Positions 34,521 through 44,536 of a stretch of 64,000 nucleotides of DNA are shown here, one piece after another (the first letter of the stretch is position 1; every line of letters starts with the position of its first letter). The translations under genes and the position numbers were made by a program. The notes beneath the pieces were generated by a model. The model had not been told where the DNA came from. It saw only the letters and a list, made by a program, of their open reading frames with translations, and did not search any database. The stretch comes from a virus (lineage: Duplodnaviria > Caudoviricetes), in the IMG/VR virus record IMGVR_UViG_3300049458_000012, positions 1 to 64,000 of that record; one strand, given 5' to 3'.

Positions 34521-34718
34521 ATGTACATCTCAATCTCTTGTGGCGGGGCAAAGGCCGCGGTGGTCGCCCACTTGCAGCAGCTCATCGAGGACAAATCCCA
34601 GGTGCCGGGGGTCGTTGAGGCTATTCTGGCGCACGTTGAAGCGGGTGCTGCGGAGGGTGCCACAGTGACCGTGTCGGTGACCGGATCAATTGGCTATTCA
34701 AAAGGCGCTGGGGCTTAA
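34521..34718 (+). CDS. Small hypothetical protein
   Basis: AAGGAG RBS; 65 aa. Confidence 0.6.
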   Translation: MYISISCGGAKAAVVAHLQQLIEDKSQVPGVVEAILAHVEAGAAEGATVTVSVTGSIGYSKGAGA

Positions 34719-34763
34719 TCCCCGGCCCCAGCACCCTACCTACCTTTCCGAGGATTGTCATCA

Positions 34764-36143
34764 ATGCCATCCATCGTACAAACCAACGTCTCGCAGATCC
34801 TGGCGCCCACACCTCCGACTCTGCAGCGTACGGGTGCTGTGATCTCGCAAGGTGGCACCAACCTCTCCTCGGGCACCTCCGCGCTGCTCACCGAGCCGGA
34901 TGATCTCACGCCAATACTGGCCGCGCCATTAGCGCTTTCGTCTTTGGCCTGGAGCGCGGGCGCAGTCCTGGCGACCACAGGCATTGCGATCCCGGGAGCG
35001 GCGCCCGGGGATAAGTTCCTCACCACCATCGCGGGGGCGACGCCCGCTGGATACAACGCGAAAGTTTGGGCCACGGTCACGGGCGCGAACACCTTCACAT
35101 ATCCGTTGGCCAGCAATCCGGGGGTGGAAACGGTTGCCGGAACATACACCCCGCCCGGCAATGGTGAGCTGTTGACGATGATCAATAGTTACTACGGCCA
35201 AGGCAGCACACAAGCGGTGTACGTCCTGGAGCTGGGGCCCGCGAACGGTAGCACAGGGCCCACTGCGCTGGATGCGTGGATCACGGCCAACCCGGGCGTG
35301 TTCTACAGCTACCTCGTGCCCAAGGGCTGGGACACGCAAGCCAACTACCTCGCGCTCATCGCCAAGTACGAGAATCCAACTTCCAAAACCTACTTCTTCA
35401 CCACCACCACAGTTGCGACCCGCGGCGCGTACACCGCATTGATGAAGGACGTATTGGCCGAGATCGAGTCCCCCACGACCCCGATCACTGAATTCAGCGC
35501 CGCGGCAACCTTTCAAGCGGCCCTGGCCTACAATCCCGGGTCCGCGAGCCGGATGACGCCGTTCGCCAACAAGTTCCTTTTCGGCGTCACCCCCTACCCA
35601 TTGGCCGGGAATAACGCCCTGTTGCAGACGTTGTATGACCAGAACTTCAACGTGGTGGGCACCGGAGCGGAAGGCGGCATCAGCACCGCGGCCCTCAGTG
35701 GCGGGGCCACGATGGATGGCAACGATTTCACTTACTGGTATTCCGCAGACTGGACCCAGATCAACGGCAAACTCGTGCTGGCCAATGAAGTGTTCAACGG
35801 CGCCAACGACTCGGCCAACCCGTTGTGGTATGACCAAAACGGCATCAACCGGCTACAGGACCGCGTTGTGAAACTCTTTCAAGCGGGCGTGGCGTTCGCC
35901 TTGCTGCAGGGGTCCGTTGGCCGGGCGCAGTTGGATGGGGTGACGTTCCAGCAGAACTTTGATGACGACCTCTACGTCAATCAGTGCATCGTGAACGCGG
36001 TGCCGTTCGTCATCTACACTCAGCAAAACCCCACGCACTACAAAGCAGGCATCTACAACGGCTTGCAGTGCGTGATTATCCCCAAGAGGGGGTTCAAGCA
36101 GATCATTTTCAACTTGACGGTCAGCAGCCTGATTGCACCGTAA
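34764..36143 (+). CDS. Contractile tail sheath protein
   Basis: YSYLVP..W, YWYSADW.QIN and PLWYDQNGINRL motifs of Bcep781-type sheaths; start ATG 34764. Confidence 0.82.
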   Translation: MPSIVQTNVSQILAPTPPTLQRTGAVISQGGTNLSSGTSALLTEPDDLTPILAAPLALSSLAWSAGAVLATTGIAIPGAAPGDKFLTTIAGATPAGYNAKVWATVTGANTFTYPLASNPGVETVAGTYTPPGNGELLTMINSYYGQGSTQAVYVLELGPANGSTGPTALDAWITANPGVFYSYLVPKGWDTQANYLALIAKYENPTSKTYFFTTTTVATRGAYTALMKDVLAEIESPTTPITEFSAAATFQAALAYNPGSASRMTPFANKFLFGVTPYPLAGNNALLQTLYDQNFNVVGTGAEGGISTAALSGGATMDGNDFTYWYSADWTQINGKLVLANEVFNGANDSANPLWYDQNGINRLQDRVVKLFQAGVAFALLQGSVGRAQLDGVTFQQNFDDDLYVNQCIVNAVPFVIYTQQNPTHYKAGIYNGLQCVIIPKRGFKQIIFNLTVSSLIAP

Positions 36144-36163
36144 AAACGTAAGGAGTTGACCCC

Positions 36164-36604
36164 GTGCCCAATCCACAAATTGCCCAAGGCTCTCTCAACC
36201 GTCTGGTCACCAGCCTGACGTGGGAGAGTGCGCCCGAGCTGAACGTCACCGCATCGTTCTTAAGTCGCGAGATGATCCGATTTGCGCGTAACGGGAATGC
36301 CGTGACGTTCATCCCCACGGGGACAGGTGCTGTCACGTCTGGGGAGCCGTTCATGATGATCACGCTGACGATCGGGTTGTTGAAAACGCAGAGCTTGGCC
36401 GCGGCATACGAGGCGCGGCTATTGGCCAATGCGAGGATCGGTAATGGGACGGTGCGCCCGGATGTAAGCGAAGGGATCGGGGCCTTCGACCTGACCAACT
36501 GTGCCATCGAGAATGTGGGCGAGCTGACCTTTGACGGCTCGAACCCGATTTATCCGGTGATGCTGAGCGGGTACATGCCGGTGAACAACGACCTGTGGCC
36601 GTAG
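36164..36604 (+). CDS. Tail tube protein
   Basis: MPNPQIAQGSLNRL; follows the sheath; 146 aa. Confidence 0.78.
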   Translation: MPNPQIAQGSLNRLVTSLTWESAPELNVTASFLSREMIRFARNGNAVTFIPTGTGAVTSGEPFMMITLTIGLLKTQSLAAAYEARLLANARIGNGTVRPDVSEGIGAFDLTNCAIENVGELTFDGSNPIYPVMLSGYMPVNNDLWP

Positions 36605-36639
36605 TGATTTGAAGGGGTTTGGAAAGAGGAGACTGAGCG

Positions 36640-37215
36640 ATGAAGATTGATAAGCGTTTGACCTTAGTCGTGCCGATCCCGCGCGGGGAAAAAGAACTGC
36701 TTTATGTGCACTCCACGCCCGTTTCGGTGGATGTGTTCCGGCAGTATTGGGAGGTCGTTGGGCAGACCATGAATGCGTTGTACAGCCGGGGGTTCGGTCA
36801 ATTCTCTCCGCGCTTCGCATGCGAGATGCTGAAGAAGATCGCCGCTGAGAATGGCGGGGCGAGTGCTGCGGGGCAAGCCGCCGAGTTGGCCCGGGTGGAG
36901 AAAGGATTCTTGGCCGAGATCCGTCGCATGACCAATGTGTTCGCGCTAGGGGACAAGGGGTGGGCGATGGTGCCGTTGGACGATGCACGTAAAAGCGGCG
37001 TGATTGACGAGGACGAAGCCGACGAGGTGGACAACGCCATCGTGTATTTTACGTGTGCCTCGCGCAGTCACCTCAAGTCCCAACTGGAGGAGCTGCGTGG
37101 GGCCTTGAGTCTGTGGAGTGCGCGGATAGAGTCGTTGAGCTGTATGGAATTCAAGAGATCCTTGCAGACCTCGATCGAGGACGTGAATACTGGCGTGACG
37201 GCGATAGCGTCGTAA
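36640..37215 (+). CDS. Tail assembly chaperone
   Basis: Position between tube and tape measure; 191 aa. Confidence 0.7.
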   Translation: MKIDKRLTLVVPIPRGEKELLYVHSTPVSVDVFRQYWEVVGQTMNALYSRGFGQFSPRFACEMLKKIAAENGGASAAGQAAELARVEKGFLAEIRRMTNVFALGDKGWAMVPLDDARKSGVIDEDEADEVDNAIVYFTCASRSHLKSQLEELRGALSLWSARIESLSCMEFKRSLQTSIEDVNTGVTAIAS

Positions 37216-37220
37216 GCGTC

Positions 37221-37352
37221 GTGCTCGATTGGCTCAGTGGCCCGGGGTTCTATGCTTTCTTTTCGCGCCCCGGTTTGACGGATCACTTCCCCTTCACTTC
37301 TGCGCAGGAGTTTCGGCAACGGCATTTGCGTGGCGCTACGTTGGTGAGATAA
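37221..37352 (+). CDS. Small ORF in the -1 frame after the chaperone (possible frameshift extension)
   Basis: Open from 37053; VLDWLSGPGFYAFF...EFRQRHL; no clear RBS. Confidence 0.4.
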   Translation: MLDWLSGPGFYAFFSRPGLTDHFPFTSAQEFRQRHLRGATLVR

Positions 37353-37367
37353 AAGGACCCCTTACAA

Positions 37368-39014
37368 GTGAGCCTGAAGTCAGTCCTGGATGTTGAAGTC
37401 AATGCGTCAGCGTTCGAACGCTATCAGCAGCTCTTCAACAAGTACCAGGACAATCTAACCAAGCACCCAGGCTTTTGGAAGTCCATCAGCAAGGAGACCG
37501 CTTCAGCCTCCGGCTCATTCAATCGGATGGCCGCCGCCGCACAAGCGCAAGCTCGGGTGCAGCGCGAGCTGAGCGAGGTGTACAAGACGCAAAATCAACA
37601 CCTGATGCAAGGGGAGAGACTTTGGGGCACGATGTCCCGGCATGCCACCTCGATCGCCTCCACCATCCTCCGGGCCACCCGTTCTCTAATCTCCTGGAGT
37701 GGGCTGGTGGGCGCCGCGGGTGGGCTCCTGGGGGCAGGGAGCTTGTTTGGGATCGATCGTATGGCCCGAACCGCGAACGACTCCCGACGCTCCTCCATGG
37801 GCCTCGGGATGACGATCGGGGAGCAGCGCGCCTTTCAGATCAATTTCGGGCGTGTAGTGGACCCGGATGCGTTCTTAGGGTGGATCAATGCGATGGAAAC
37901 CGATCCACGCAAAGCCGCCAGCGCCGCCGCTCTGGGCGTCGGCTTGACGCAGAACACGGGCCGCGATGCCGTAGGGATGTTGCGGGCCTTGCGTGCGCGG
38001 GCGCAATCCACGCCCCTGGCCCAATTAGGCATGCTGCCGGGGATGTTTGGACTGGAGGGCGTGAGCGGGGAGGACCTTCGCCGGTTACGCACCATGAGCG
38101 GGAAAGAGTTCGAAGGGTTGGTCTCGGGCAATGCGCGGGACGTCAACAAGCTGAACATCCAGGACAAGACCGCGGAGAAGTGGGCCGATTTCGTCAACAT
38201 GCTCGATCGGGCCAAGTCCTCAATCTTCGCCACTTTAGTACAGGGGCTGGCCCCGCTCGCGGGCCCCTTGGGGCATTTGTCGGGGGCGTTCGAGAAGTTC
38301 ATATCCACGTTACTGAAGAGTGATGTGGTCAAGCACGCCATCGATGGCTTCGCGGGTTGGTTGGAGAAATTCTCGGGCAGCCTCGGATCTTCCGAGTTCA
38401 TCGAGCGCGTGCGCCGGTTCACGTCCGATGTGGGCGACCTCGCGGATGCCTTTCATACGGTGATGCACCCCATCAACTCCATCGAGAATTGGGCCAACTC
38501 CGATACGGGCGGCACGCCCAAGGCCGCTAAGCAACGGTTCTCATCTCAGCTCTCGACGTTGGAGGAAAACTCCGGACTGCCCAAAGGGATGCTTGGCTAT
38601 CAATTCATGAAAGAGTCGGGAGGGATGTTCAATCCGCCCGACAACAAAGGCCACGTCGGCGCATTTCAGTTCGATCCGAACACGGCGAAGTGGCTCAACA
38701 AACTCTACCGCAAGCATCTCGACCCGCGTAAACCGGGAGAGGCTGCCATCCTCGCGAGTTATTATGACGACTGGTTAGTGCGGCACTATAAAGGCGACGT
38801 TAAGAGCGCACTAGGGGCTTACAACTGGGGCCCGGAGAACATGGATGCTTATTTAAAGACGGGCAAAGGTGCCCGAGGCCAGCCGATGCCCGCGGAGACC
38901 CGGGACTATATGGGCAATGCCCAGGTGTCGGGCTCCGGCTCCAACGTCACCATCACCGTCGTCAACGCAACGGGTGGCTCCGCTGCCGTGATTGCTAGCC
39001 AATTGGCGCACTGA
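37368..39014 (+). CDS. Tape measure protein with a lytic transglycosylase (SLT) domain
   Basis: Helical N-terminus; MKESGG (catalytic Glu), GAFQF.P.TA, ALGAYNWG, PAETRDYM. Confidence 0.85.
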   Translation: MSLKSVLDVEVNASAFERYQQLFNKYQDNLTKHPGFWKSISKETASASGSFNRMAAAAQAQARVQRELSEVYKTQNQHLMQGERLWGTMSRHATSIASTILRATRSLISWSGLVGAAGGLLGAGSLFGIDRMARTANDSRRSSMGLGMTIGEQRAFQINFGRVVDPDAFLGWINAMETDPRKAASAAALGVGLTQNTGRDAVGMLRALRARAQSTPLAQLGMLPGMFGLEGVSGEDLRRLRTMSGKEFEGLVSGNARDVNKLNIQDKTAEKWADFVNMLDRAKSSIFATLVQGLAPLAGPLGHLSGAFEKFISTLLKSDVVKHAIDGFAGWLEKFSGSLGSSEFIERVRRFTSDVGDLADAFHTVMHPINSIENWANSDTGGTPKAAKQRFSSQLSTLEENSGLPKGMLGYQFMKESGGMFNPPDNKGHVGAFQFDPNTAKWLNKLYRKHLDPRKPGEAAILASYYDDWLVRHYKGDVKSALGAYNWGPENMDAYLKTGKGARGQPMPAETRDYMGNAQVSGSGSNVTITVVNATGGSAAVIASQLAH

Positions 39015-39859
39015 TGTCCGCTTCAGGCCGCGATGCATTCCGGTTGGCGTTCGAGATCTCGCCAATTTTGTTGACCCGAGGGATTGCGGAAAATATCCCG
39101 GGTGGCGTGCTACCGATTGTGGCGCTCACGGATGCATCGAGCTTCGCCACGGGGTTATTGACCAGCGGGCCGATGATCGATTTCGATAATTTCTTTGCTC
39201 ATTGGTATGTGCTGCCGGGCGGTACGCTGCAAAATCAATCCGTCGCCACGTACCCCTTCGCCAACCAAGCGGTTGCGGCCAACGCGGTGATCTCGGGCCC
39301 GTTGGGGGTGTCGATGATGATGGTGGCGCCAGCGCGAGCGGGCAATGGAGCCATCGGAGGAGTTGGAGGAGCTTTAACAGGGGCGGCCACTGCGGCGTTG
39401 AGCGGCGCCAACATCGTGGCGGGTGCCCTGGGGGGAGGTGTGTTGGCCGCGGTTGGAGGCTACACTGAGAAGTTGGCCATCATGACCGCGCTGCAAAAAA
39501 CCATCGCCCAGCACAACGCCTCGGGCGGCACGTATTCGGTGATAACGCCCGCGTACATTTACACCGACTGCATCATGAACACTCCCGGCATCCGGGATGT
39601 GAGTGCGGAAGGCGAAACGCAGCAACGGCAAGTGCGCTGGCAGTGGGATTTCCTGCAGCCTCTCGTCCTGACGCAAGCCGCAGCGGACGGCGCGTTGAAC
39701 TCGCTGATGCAAAAATTGCAAAAGCTCCTGCCCCTCAGCGGGCCGTCACAGACCTTGACTTCTGCGGGGTTGGGCGTTGGATCCACGGCCATTTTGCCCA
39801 GCGCCTTTTCGCCTGTGCAAGGGGCGACGAGTGCGGCGCTGTCGCTGGTGCCGCAATGA
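39014..39859 (+). CDS. Baseplate-proximal tail protein
   Basis: FAHWYVLPGGTL...YPFANQAVAANA and WQWDFLQPL motifs; position. Confidence 0.65.
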   Translation: MSASGRDAFRLAFEISPILLTRGIAENIPGGVLPIVALTDASSFATGLLTSGPMIDFDNFFAHWYVLPGGTLQNQSVATYPFANQAVAANAVISGPLGVSMMMVAPARAGNGAIGGVGGALTGAATAALSGANIVAGALGGGVLAAVGGYTEKLAIMTALQKTIAQHNASGGTYSVITPAYIYTDCIMNTPGIRDVSAEGETQQRQVRWQWDFLQPLVLTQAAADGALNSLMQKLQKLLPLSGPSQTLTSAGLGVGSTAILPSAFSPVQGATSAALSLVPQ

Positions 39860-40338
39860 CGACATTAGTCGATTTCACGCCGTCCGCCATTGCGGTGTTT
39901 CAATTCCTGGCCACGCTGGACGATGGGGTGCAGTACAACGTGAGCGCCCCTTGGAACGCGCTCGGTGAGCGGTATTACGTTTCTGTTGCGGACCTCGCGG
40001 GCAACGTGGTGGCCAATCGCGCAATCGTGCAAAGTGGCCCCGTGTTCCGAGGCACAATGTCCTGGGCATTAGGGGAAATCACGGCCTCCCTCCTGCAGCC
40101 GCACAATGTGCCGATTGGGGAGGTGGTCAATGCACGCATTACGCAAACCAACACCCCTATGGACGGCCTTTACCTCGCGCGCGCCACGGACTCAATGGCG
40201 TTAGCACTCCCCCTGGCCGCCAATCCGAATCAGGCCACGCCGATCGTTGGGAAGGTGGATTTCCCTTTGGACCTGCTGGCCGGGTACGACATCGGCAGGT
40301 TGTATTTTCACGCTGATACGCAACAGTTTGAATTCTGA
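39856..40338 (+). CDS. Baseplate protein
   Basis: FQFLATLDDG.QYNV..PWN..GERYY motif; ATG 39856. Confidence 0.65.
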   Translation: MTTLVDFTPSAIAVFQFLATLDDGVQYNVSAPWNALGERYYVSVADLAGNVVANRAIVQSGPVFRGTMSWALGEITASLLQPHNVPIGEVVNARITQTNTPMDGLYLARATDSMALALPLAANPNQATPIVGKVDFPLDLLAGYDIGRLYFHADTQQFEF

Positions 40339-41357
40339 TGCGTTACTACGATATCGCAGTATCGGACTCATCCGGAAAGGTGTGGAAGCCCACGGCCACG
40401 GGCGAAGCCTTCGTGAAGAGTGCAGGGGGCTCGACATTCACGAGCTTTACGAATGGGAAGACCAACCCGAACGCGCTCAACGTTGAGTTGGATATTCCTT
40501 CCATCCCGTTCAATCAGCCGCAAGGTGCGGGGTTTTTAAAGATCTGGGGCGTTGGGTTGCCAATGATCGGGCAGGCGGCAGACCTCGCGGGCCAGAATAT
40601 TAAAGTCTCCGTCGGCATGCAAAAAGGTCTCCCCCTGGCCAAGCCCGCACAGGCGGGCCTCGTGTTGCAGGGCACCATCTTCCAGGCGTTCGGGAATTGG
40701 CAGGGCACCAACCAAACTCTCGAATTGATCTGTTACCCGCCCGCCTCCCAAGACGATCAAGATATCTCCTGGAGCTGGCCCGCCAACACTTCGTTGTCGA
40801 GTGCCCTGTTCCAGACCTTCACGCAAGCATTCGGCAAATACGGCATGAAGGCGAGCGTGAACATCTCGGAGCTGACGCTATCGAGCGCGGAACACGGGCA
40901 CTACACCCGACTCGCCACGTTCGCGGATTACATCCAACGCATCAGTGCGTCTTTGGGTGCGCAGAAGTTCGGAGACACTTACTCGGGGGTGCTGATTACG
41001 ATCGTAGGCAATACGATTTATGCATTCGATTCGAAGACCGAGCGCACTCCCACGAAGTTGGATTTTGTTGATCTCATTGGACAGCCGACTTGGATCGATC
41101 CGGCCACGGTGAACTTCAAAGCGGTGATGCGCAGTGACTTGACGATTGGAAGTTTGATCAAGTTCCCCGACAAAGGCGTGGCTACCCCTTATGTCCTCAC
41201 AACGCAAAATTCCGCTTTCCCCAATGCCCCCTCTCGCAACAAGGCCGTCTTTCAAGGTTCCTTCGTGATCATCGAGGCGCACCACTTCGGCAACTTTCGC
41301 CAGCCGGACGCGGACTCCTGGGTGACCGCGTTCAATGCAGTGGCGCTGCCGCCATGA
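40338..41357 (+). CDS. Baseplate hub protein (gp27-like)
   Basis: MRYYDI, DLIGQPTW and RHFGNFRQPD.DSW-like motifs; position. Confidence 0.7.
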   Translation: MRYYDIAVSDSSGKVWKPTATGEAFVKSAGGSTFTSFTNGKTNPNALNVELDIPSIPFNQPQGAGFLKIWGVGLPMIGQAADLAGQNIKVSVGMQKGLPLAKPAQAGLVLQGTIFQAFGNWQGTNQTLELICYPPASQDDQDISWSWPANTSLSSALFQTFTQAFGKYGMKASVNISELTLSSAEHGHYTRLATFADYIQRISASLGAQKFGDTYSGVLITIVGNTIYAFDSKTERTPTKLDFVDLIGQPTWIDPATVNFKAVMRSDLTIGSLIKFPDKGVATPYVLTTQNSAFPNAPSRNKAVFQGSFVIIEAHHFGNFRQPDADSWVTAFNAVALPP

Positions 41358-41947
41358 ACAACGCACAAAAAACGCCGATGGCGCGCAGCCTCAATCTCTT
41401 CGCTCAGCGCAAGGCGATGGACGAGATTGAGAAGTTGGGCATGGCGTTACCGGGGCATGTGGTGGCGGTGGCCGGGTCGATTGTGACTGTGAACTTCGAT
41501 GTAGAGGGTCTCACCCTCGATCGGGTGGCCATGCCCCTGGCCACGAGCGAATACATCCGGCTCCCAGTGCAGGTGGGGGACAAAGGCGTCGCGGAGCCCT
41601 CTGACGCTTATCTCGGGGGCATCTCGGGCCTCGGTGGAGGGGTGGCCGATTTGACCCTTCGAGGGAACTTGTCCACGCTGGTTTGGAAGCCCGTGGCCAA
41701 TGCGAATTGGGCCGCGGCACCGGACGCGAACACGCTGTGGATGTACGGGAAGAATCGAACCCGGGTTTCCGACTCCGTGGCCAACAATGCGCACATCGAC
41801 GTAACGGCGAACGGCATCACGCTGCAATTCGGTGCGCACTCGATCGTGATCGATGCCACCGGGGTGACGATCGACGGGAAATTGTTCCTGCCGCACACTC
41901 ACAGCGGCGTGACGACGGGTGGCGGCAACACGGGGGCGGTGGTGTGA
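41354..41947 (+). CDS. Baseplate central spike (gpV/gp5-like)
   Basis: OB-fold-like N-terminus; C-terminal HTHSGV iron-binding HxH motif. Confidence 0.8.
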   Translation: MNNAQKTPMARSLNLFAQRKAMDEIEKLGMALPGHVVAVAGSIVTVNFDVEGLTLDRVAMPLATSEYIRLPVQVGDKGVAEPSDAYLGGISGLGGGVADLTLRGNLSTLVWKPVANANWAAAPDANTLWMYGKNRTRVSDSVANNAHIDVTANGITLQFGAHSIVIDATGVTIDGKLFLPHTHSGVTTGGGNTGAVV

Positions 41948-42282
41948 GACTATACGGACGGGTTGGGAAAACGTGGTTCCAGGTTCAAACCGATGCCCAA
42001 GGCAATAACGACCTGGTGTATGTCACCGCGGTGCTGCAATGCGTGAAGCTGAACAAGGGTGAAAGCCCGTTTTATTCTTGGGCCGGGATTCCCGCGGAGG
42101 ATGCCGTTATCCAGCAGGTGTTTCCGGATTACGATGTGTCCGTTATCCAGCAGGTGTATGCGCCCAACTTTGCATCTTTGATAATCTCGCGCCGCCCGGG
42201 TGGCATAACCCCGGTGTATGATGTGAACGTCATCACGCATCAGGGCGTGAAACTCAACCCCAGTGTGAAAATAGCAGCATGA
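41944..42282 (+). CDS. Baseplate wedge subunit
   Basis: GTG 41944; RLYGR...LKLN.GESPFY. Confidence 0.65.
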   Translation: MRLYGRVGKTWFQVQTDAQGNNDLVYVTAVLQCVKLNKGESPFYSWAGIPAEDAVIQQVFPDYDVSVIQQVYAPNFASLIISRRPGGITPVYDVNVITHQGVKLNPSVKIAA

Positions 42283-43496
42283 GCACGCCAAATCCATTCG
42301 ATTTCCCCGTGGTCGTTACCGCGGCAGGCATGCAACCCCAAGACCCTCAAGATTTACGGGATCAAATCCTAGCCGCAGCCACCGCCAACTCTCCCGGACT
42401 CACCGCCAACTTGCCCGGCACCCTTGTAGAGGACTTCTTGAGCACCAGCGTGCCCGCCGTGGCCCTGTGCGATCAAGGTCGAGTGGAGGCGGTGAACTGC
42501 CTGACTCCGGACGCGGCGAATGAATTCACGCTCGGAAGACTCGGCACGATCTACATCGGTGAAGGTCAACCCGGGAAAGTAACCAATACGAGCGTGCTGC
42601 TGGTGTTCACGGGCACGGTGGGTTGGGTTGTGCCTCCGGGGTTTTTGGCGGGCGACGGGGCGCACTTGTTTCAGGTTCAATCGGGCGGGCCAATCGGAGG
42701 AGGCGGGAGCACCTCACCTTTGTCCGCGATAGCCATACAGCCCGGATCGTATGGCGTGCCTGCGAATACGGTGACGCAGCTGAAGTCTTCTGCCCCTCCG
42801 AACATCACCCTATCCGTGAACAACCCCACGGCAGGCACCCCCGGAGGAACGGGAGAAACTTGGTCATCGTTCCGGGCGCGCGTGATGCGGGCGGGCCTAG
42901 CGGACTGCGTTGGAGGTCCGAGCCTAATCAAGACGCTGGTGGGCAGGGTCCCAGGGGTGCAGAAAGTTTCAGTGCAGGCAGCGGTTGGCGGGCTGCGCGT
43001 GATCGTAAAAGGGGGTGACGTCTATGAAGTGGCCTATGCCATATACCGCGCAATCGACAGCCCCACCTCGTTGGTGGGGCATGTGGCGGGCGGAACCAAC
43101 GTCACGGTCGGATTGATCGACTCGCCCAATACATACAACATTCTTTCCGTGGCCGCGGCGACACAAACGGTGACCATGGCCGTCACTTGGAATACGAACT
43201 TAGCCAACTTCACCGGTGGCGGAGCATTCCCCGCGCTGGTGCAACCGGTGCTGGTCAACTATATCAACTCGATCCCCATCGGGGCGCCGATCAATGTGCT
43301 AGAGATGAATGAACTGTTTCAAGAGACCGTGGCCGCGGTGCTCGCGAAGGACTTTCTAACGAGGTTGGTATTCGGGGTGAATATCAATGGAACTCCGACC
43401 GCTCCCGGGACAGGCACATATGCGATCACGGGGGATGCGGAGAGCGATTTCTTTACCGCGGTTGACGGCAGCGGTGTCGTGGTGACGCAAGGCTAA
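42279..43496 (+). CDS. Baseplate J-like protein
   Basis: GLTANLPGTLVED and GGTGETWSSFRARV motifs. Confidence 0.8.
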   Translation: MSTPNPFDFPVVVTAAGMQPQDPQDLRDQILAAATANSPGLTANLPGTLVEDFLSTSVPAVALCDQGRVEAVNCLTPDAANEFTLGRLGTIYIGEGQPGKVTNTSVLLVFTGTVGWVVPPGFLAGDGAHLFQVQSGGPIGGGGSTSPLSAIAIQPGSYGVPANTVTQLKSSAPPNITLSVNNPTAGTPGGTGETWSSFRARVMRAGLADCVGGPSLIKTLVGRVPGVQKVSVQAAVGGLRVIVKGGDVYEVAYAIYRAIDSPTSLVGHVAGGTNVTVGLIDSPNTYNILSVAAATQTVTMAVTWNTNLANFTGGGAFPALVQPVLVNYINSIPIGAPINVLEMNELFQETVAAVLAKDFLTRLVFGVNINGTPTAPGTGTYAITGDAESDFFTAVDGSGVVVTQG

Positions 43497-44536
43497 TGCG
43501 CACCACCACCCTAAGATCGTACCCGTACAAGCAGTACGAGGACGATGACGATATCCAGGCGTTGTTCAAGGCGTACAACGACGCGACGCAAGTGATTGTG
43601 GATTGGTTCAATGAGACGCCGCTCGCGTATTACCCGGCCCTGACGGGAGACTTGCTGAATTGGGTGGTGGCGGGGCTGTACGGCCTGCGACGCACGCAGC
43701 TCGCCTCCCCATTGAGCCCCGCATTAGGTCCGCTCAACACTCTCGTACCGTTGAACTCTCTTTTCCCACTCAACACTTTTGTGCCCCCGGTGCAAACGTT
43801 CTACAACCTAACGGATGACGTTTTTCAGCGCATCCTCACGTGGAACTTTTTCAAAGGCGACAGCCGTCGATTTTCGATGCAATGGCTCAAGCGCCGTGTC
43901 ATCCGCTTCCTCCTCGGCACCAACGGCATCGACCCGCAACCACAGCAAGCCGATTTCGTTATTGGCACGGAGACCACCAGCGCCATCGGCGTTGTCATCG
44001 CGGCGAACGTGTGCACCGTGTCCATTGATCAGTCCTTGCTCTCGCTGCAAGCCCCGAGCGTGACCCCCGGGATACTGAAGCTATTCAAGCTCGCTTTCGA
44101 AGGCGGCAATTTGGAATTGCCACTGCGGTACACATACGCTGTCAGCATCATAACCAACTTCGTGGCCTTGATACGGCCCGGAGTACTTTCAAGCAACCTT
44201 CCCGTTTTCACGCAGACGGTGGGTCCCGCTATTGTTGCGGTGTTGGGTGGCACGGGGATCTACACTTACGCGTGGACTTGGCAATCGGGAGGAGCCGGGA
44301 TAGCGATTGATTCTCCCGCTGCAATCAGCACGACATTCACCGCCGCGGGGATGGCTTGGGGTGAGTCTCGCTCGGGAGTGGCGCTGTGCACGGTGACGGA
44401 CACGGTGTCGTCTTTGACCGCAACCGCGGTATGCGAGGTGTTTATAGTTTGCGAGTTGCCCTCACAGCTGCTGATCGAGGGGACGGCCCTGCCACTTCTT
44501 ACCGAGGATGGAGCGCCCATCGTCGTGGAACCATAA
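43496..44536 (+). CDS. Baseplate wedge protein with a C-terminal Ig-like extension
   Basis: YNDATQ, LLNWVVAGLYG, DDVFQRILTW motifs; C-terminal YTYAWT..ISTTF beta-sandwich. Confidence 0.7.
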   Translation: MRTTTLRSYPYKQYEDDDDIQALFKAYNDATQVIVDWFNETPLAYYPALTGDLLNWVVAGLYGLRRTQLASPLSPALGPLNTLVPLNSLFPLNTFVPPVQTFYNLTDDVFQRILTWNFFKGDSRRFSMQWLKRRVIRFLLGTNGIDPQPQQADFVIGTETTSAIGVVIAANVCTVSIDQSLLSLQAPSVTPGILKLFKLAFEGGNLELPLRYTYAVSIITNFVALIRPGVLSSNLPVFTQTVGPAIVAVLGGTGIYTYAWTWQSGGAGIAIDSPAAISTTFTAAGMAWGESRSGVALCTVTDTVSSLTATAVCEVFIVCELPSQLLIEGTALPLLTEDGAPIVVEP

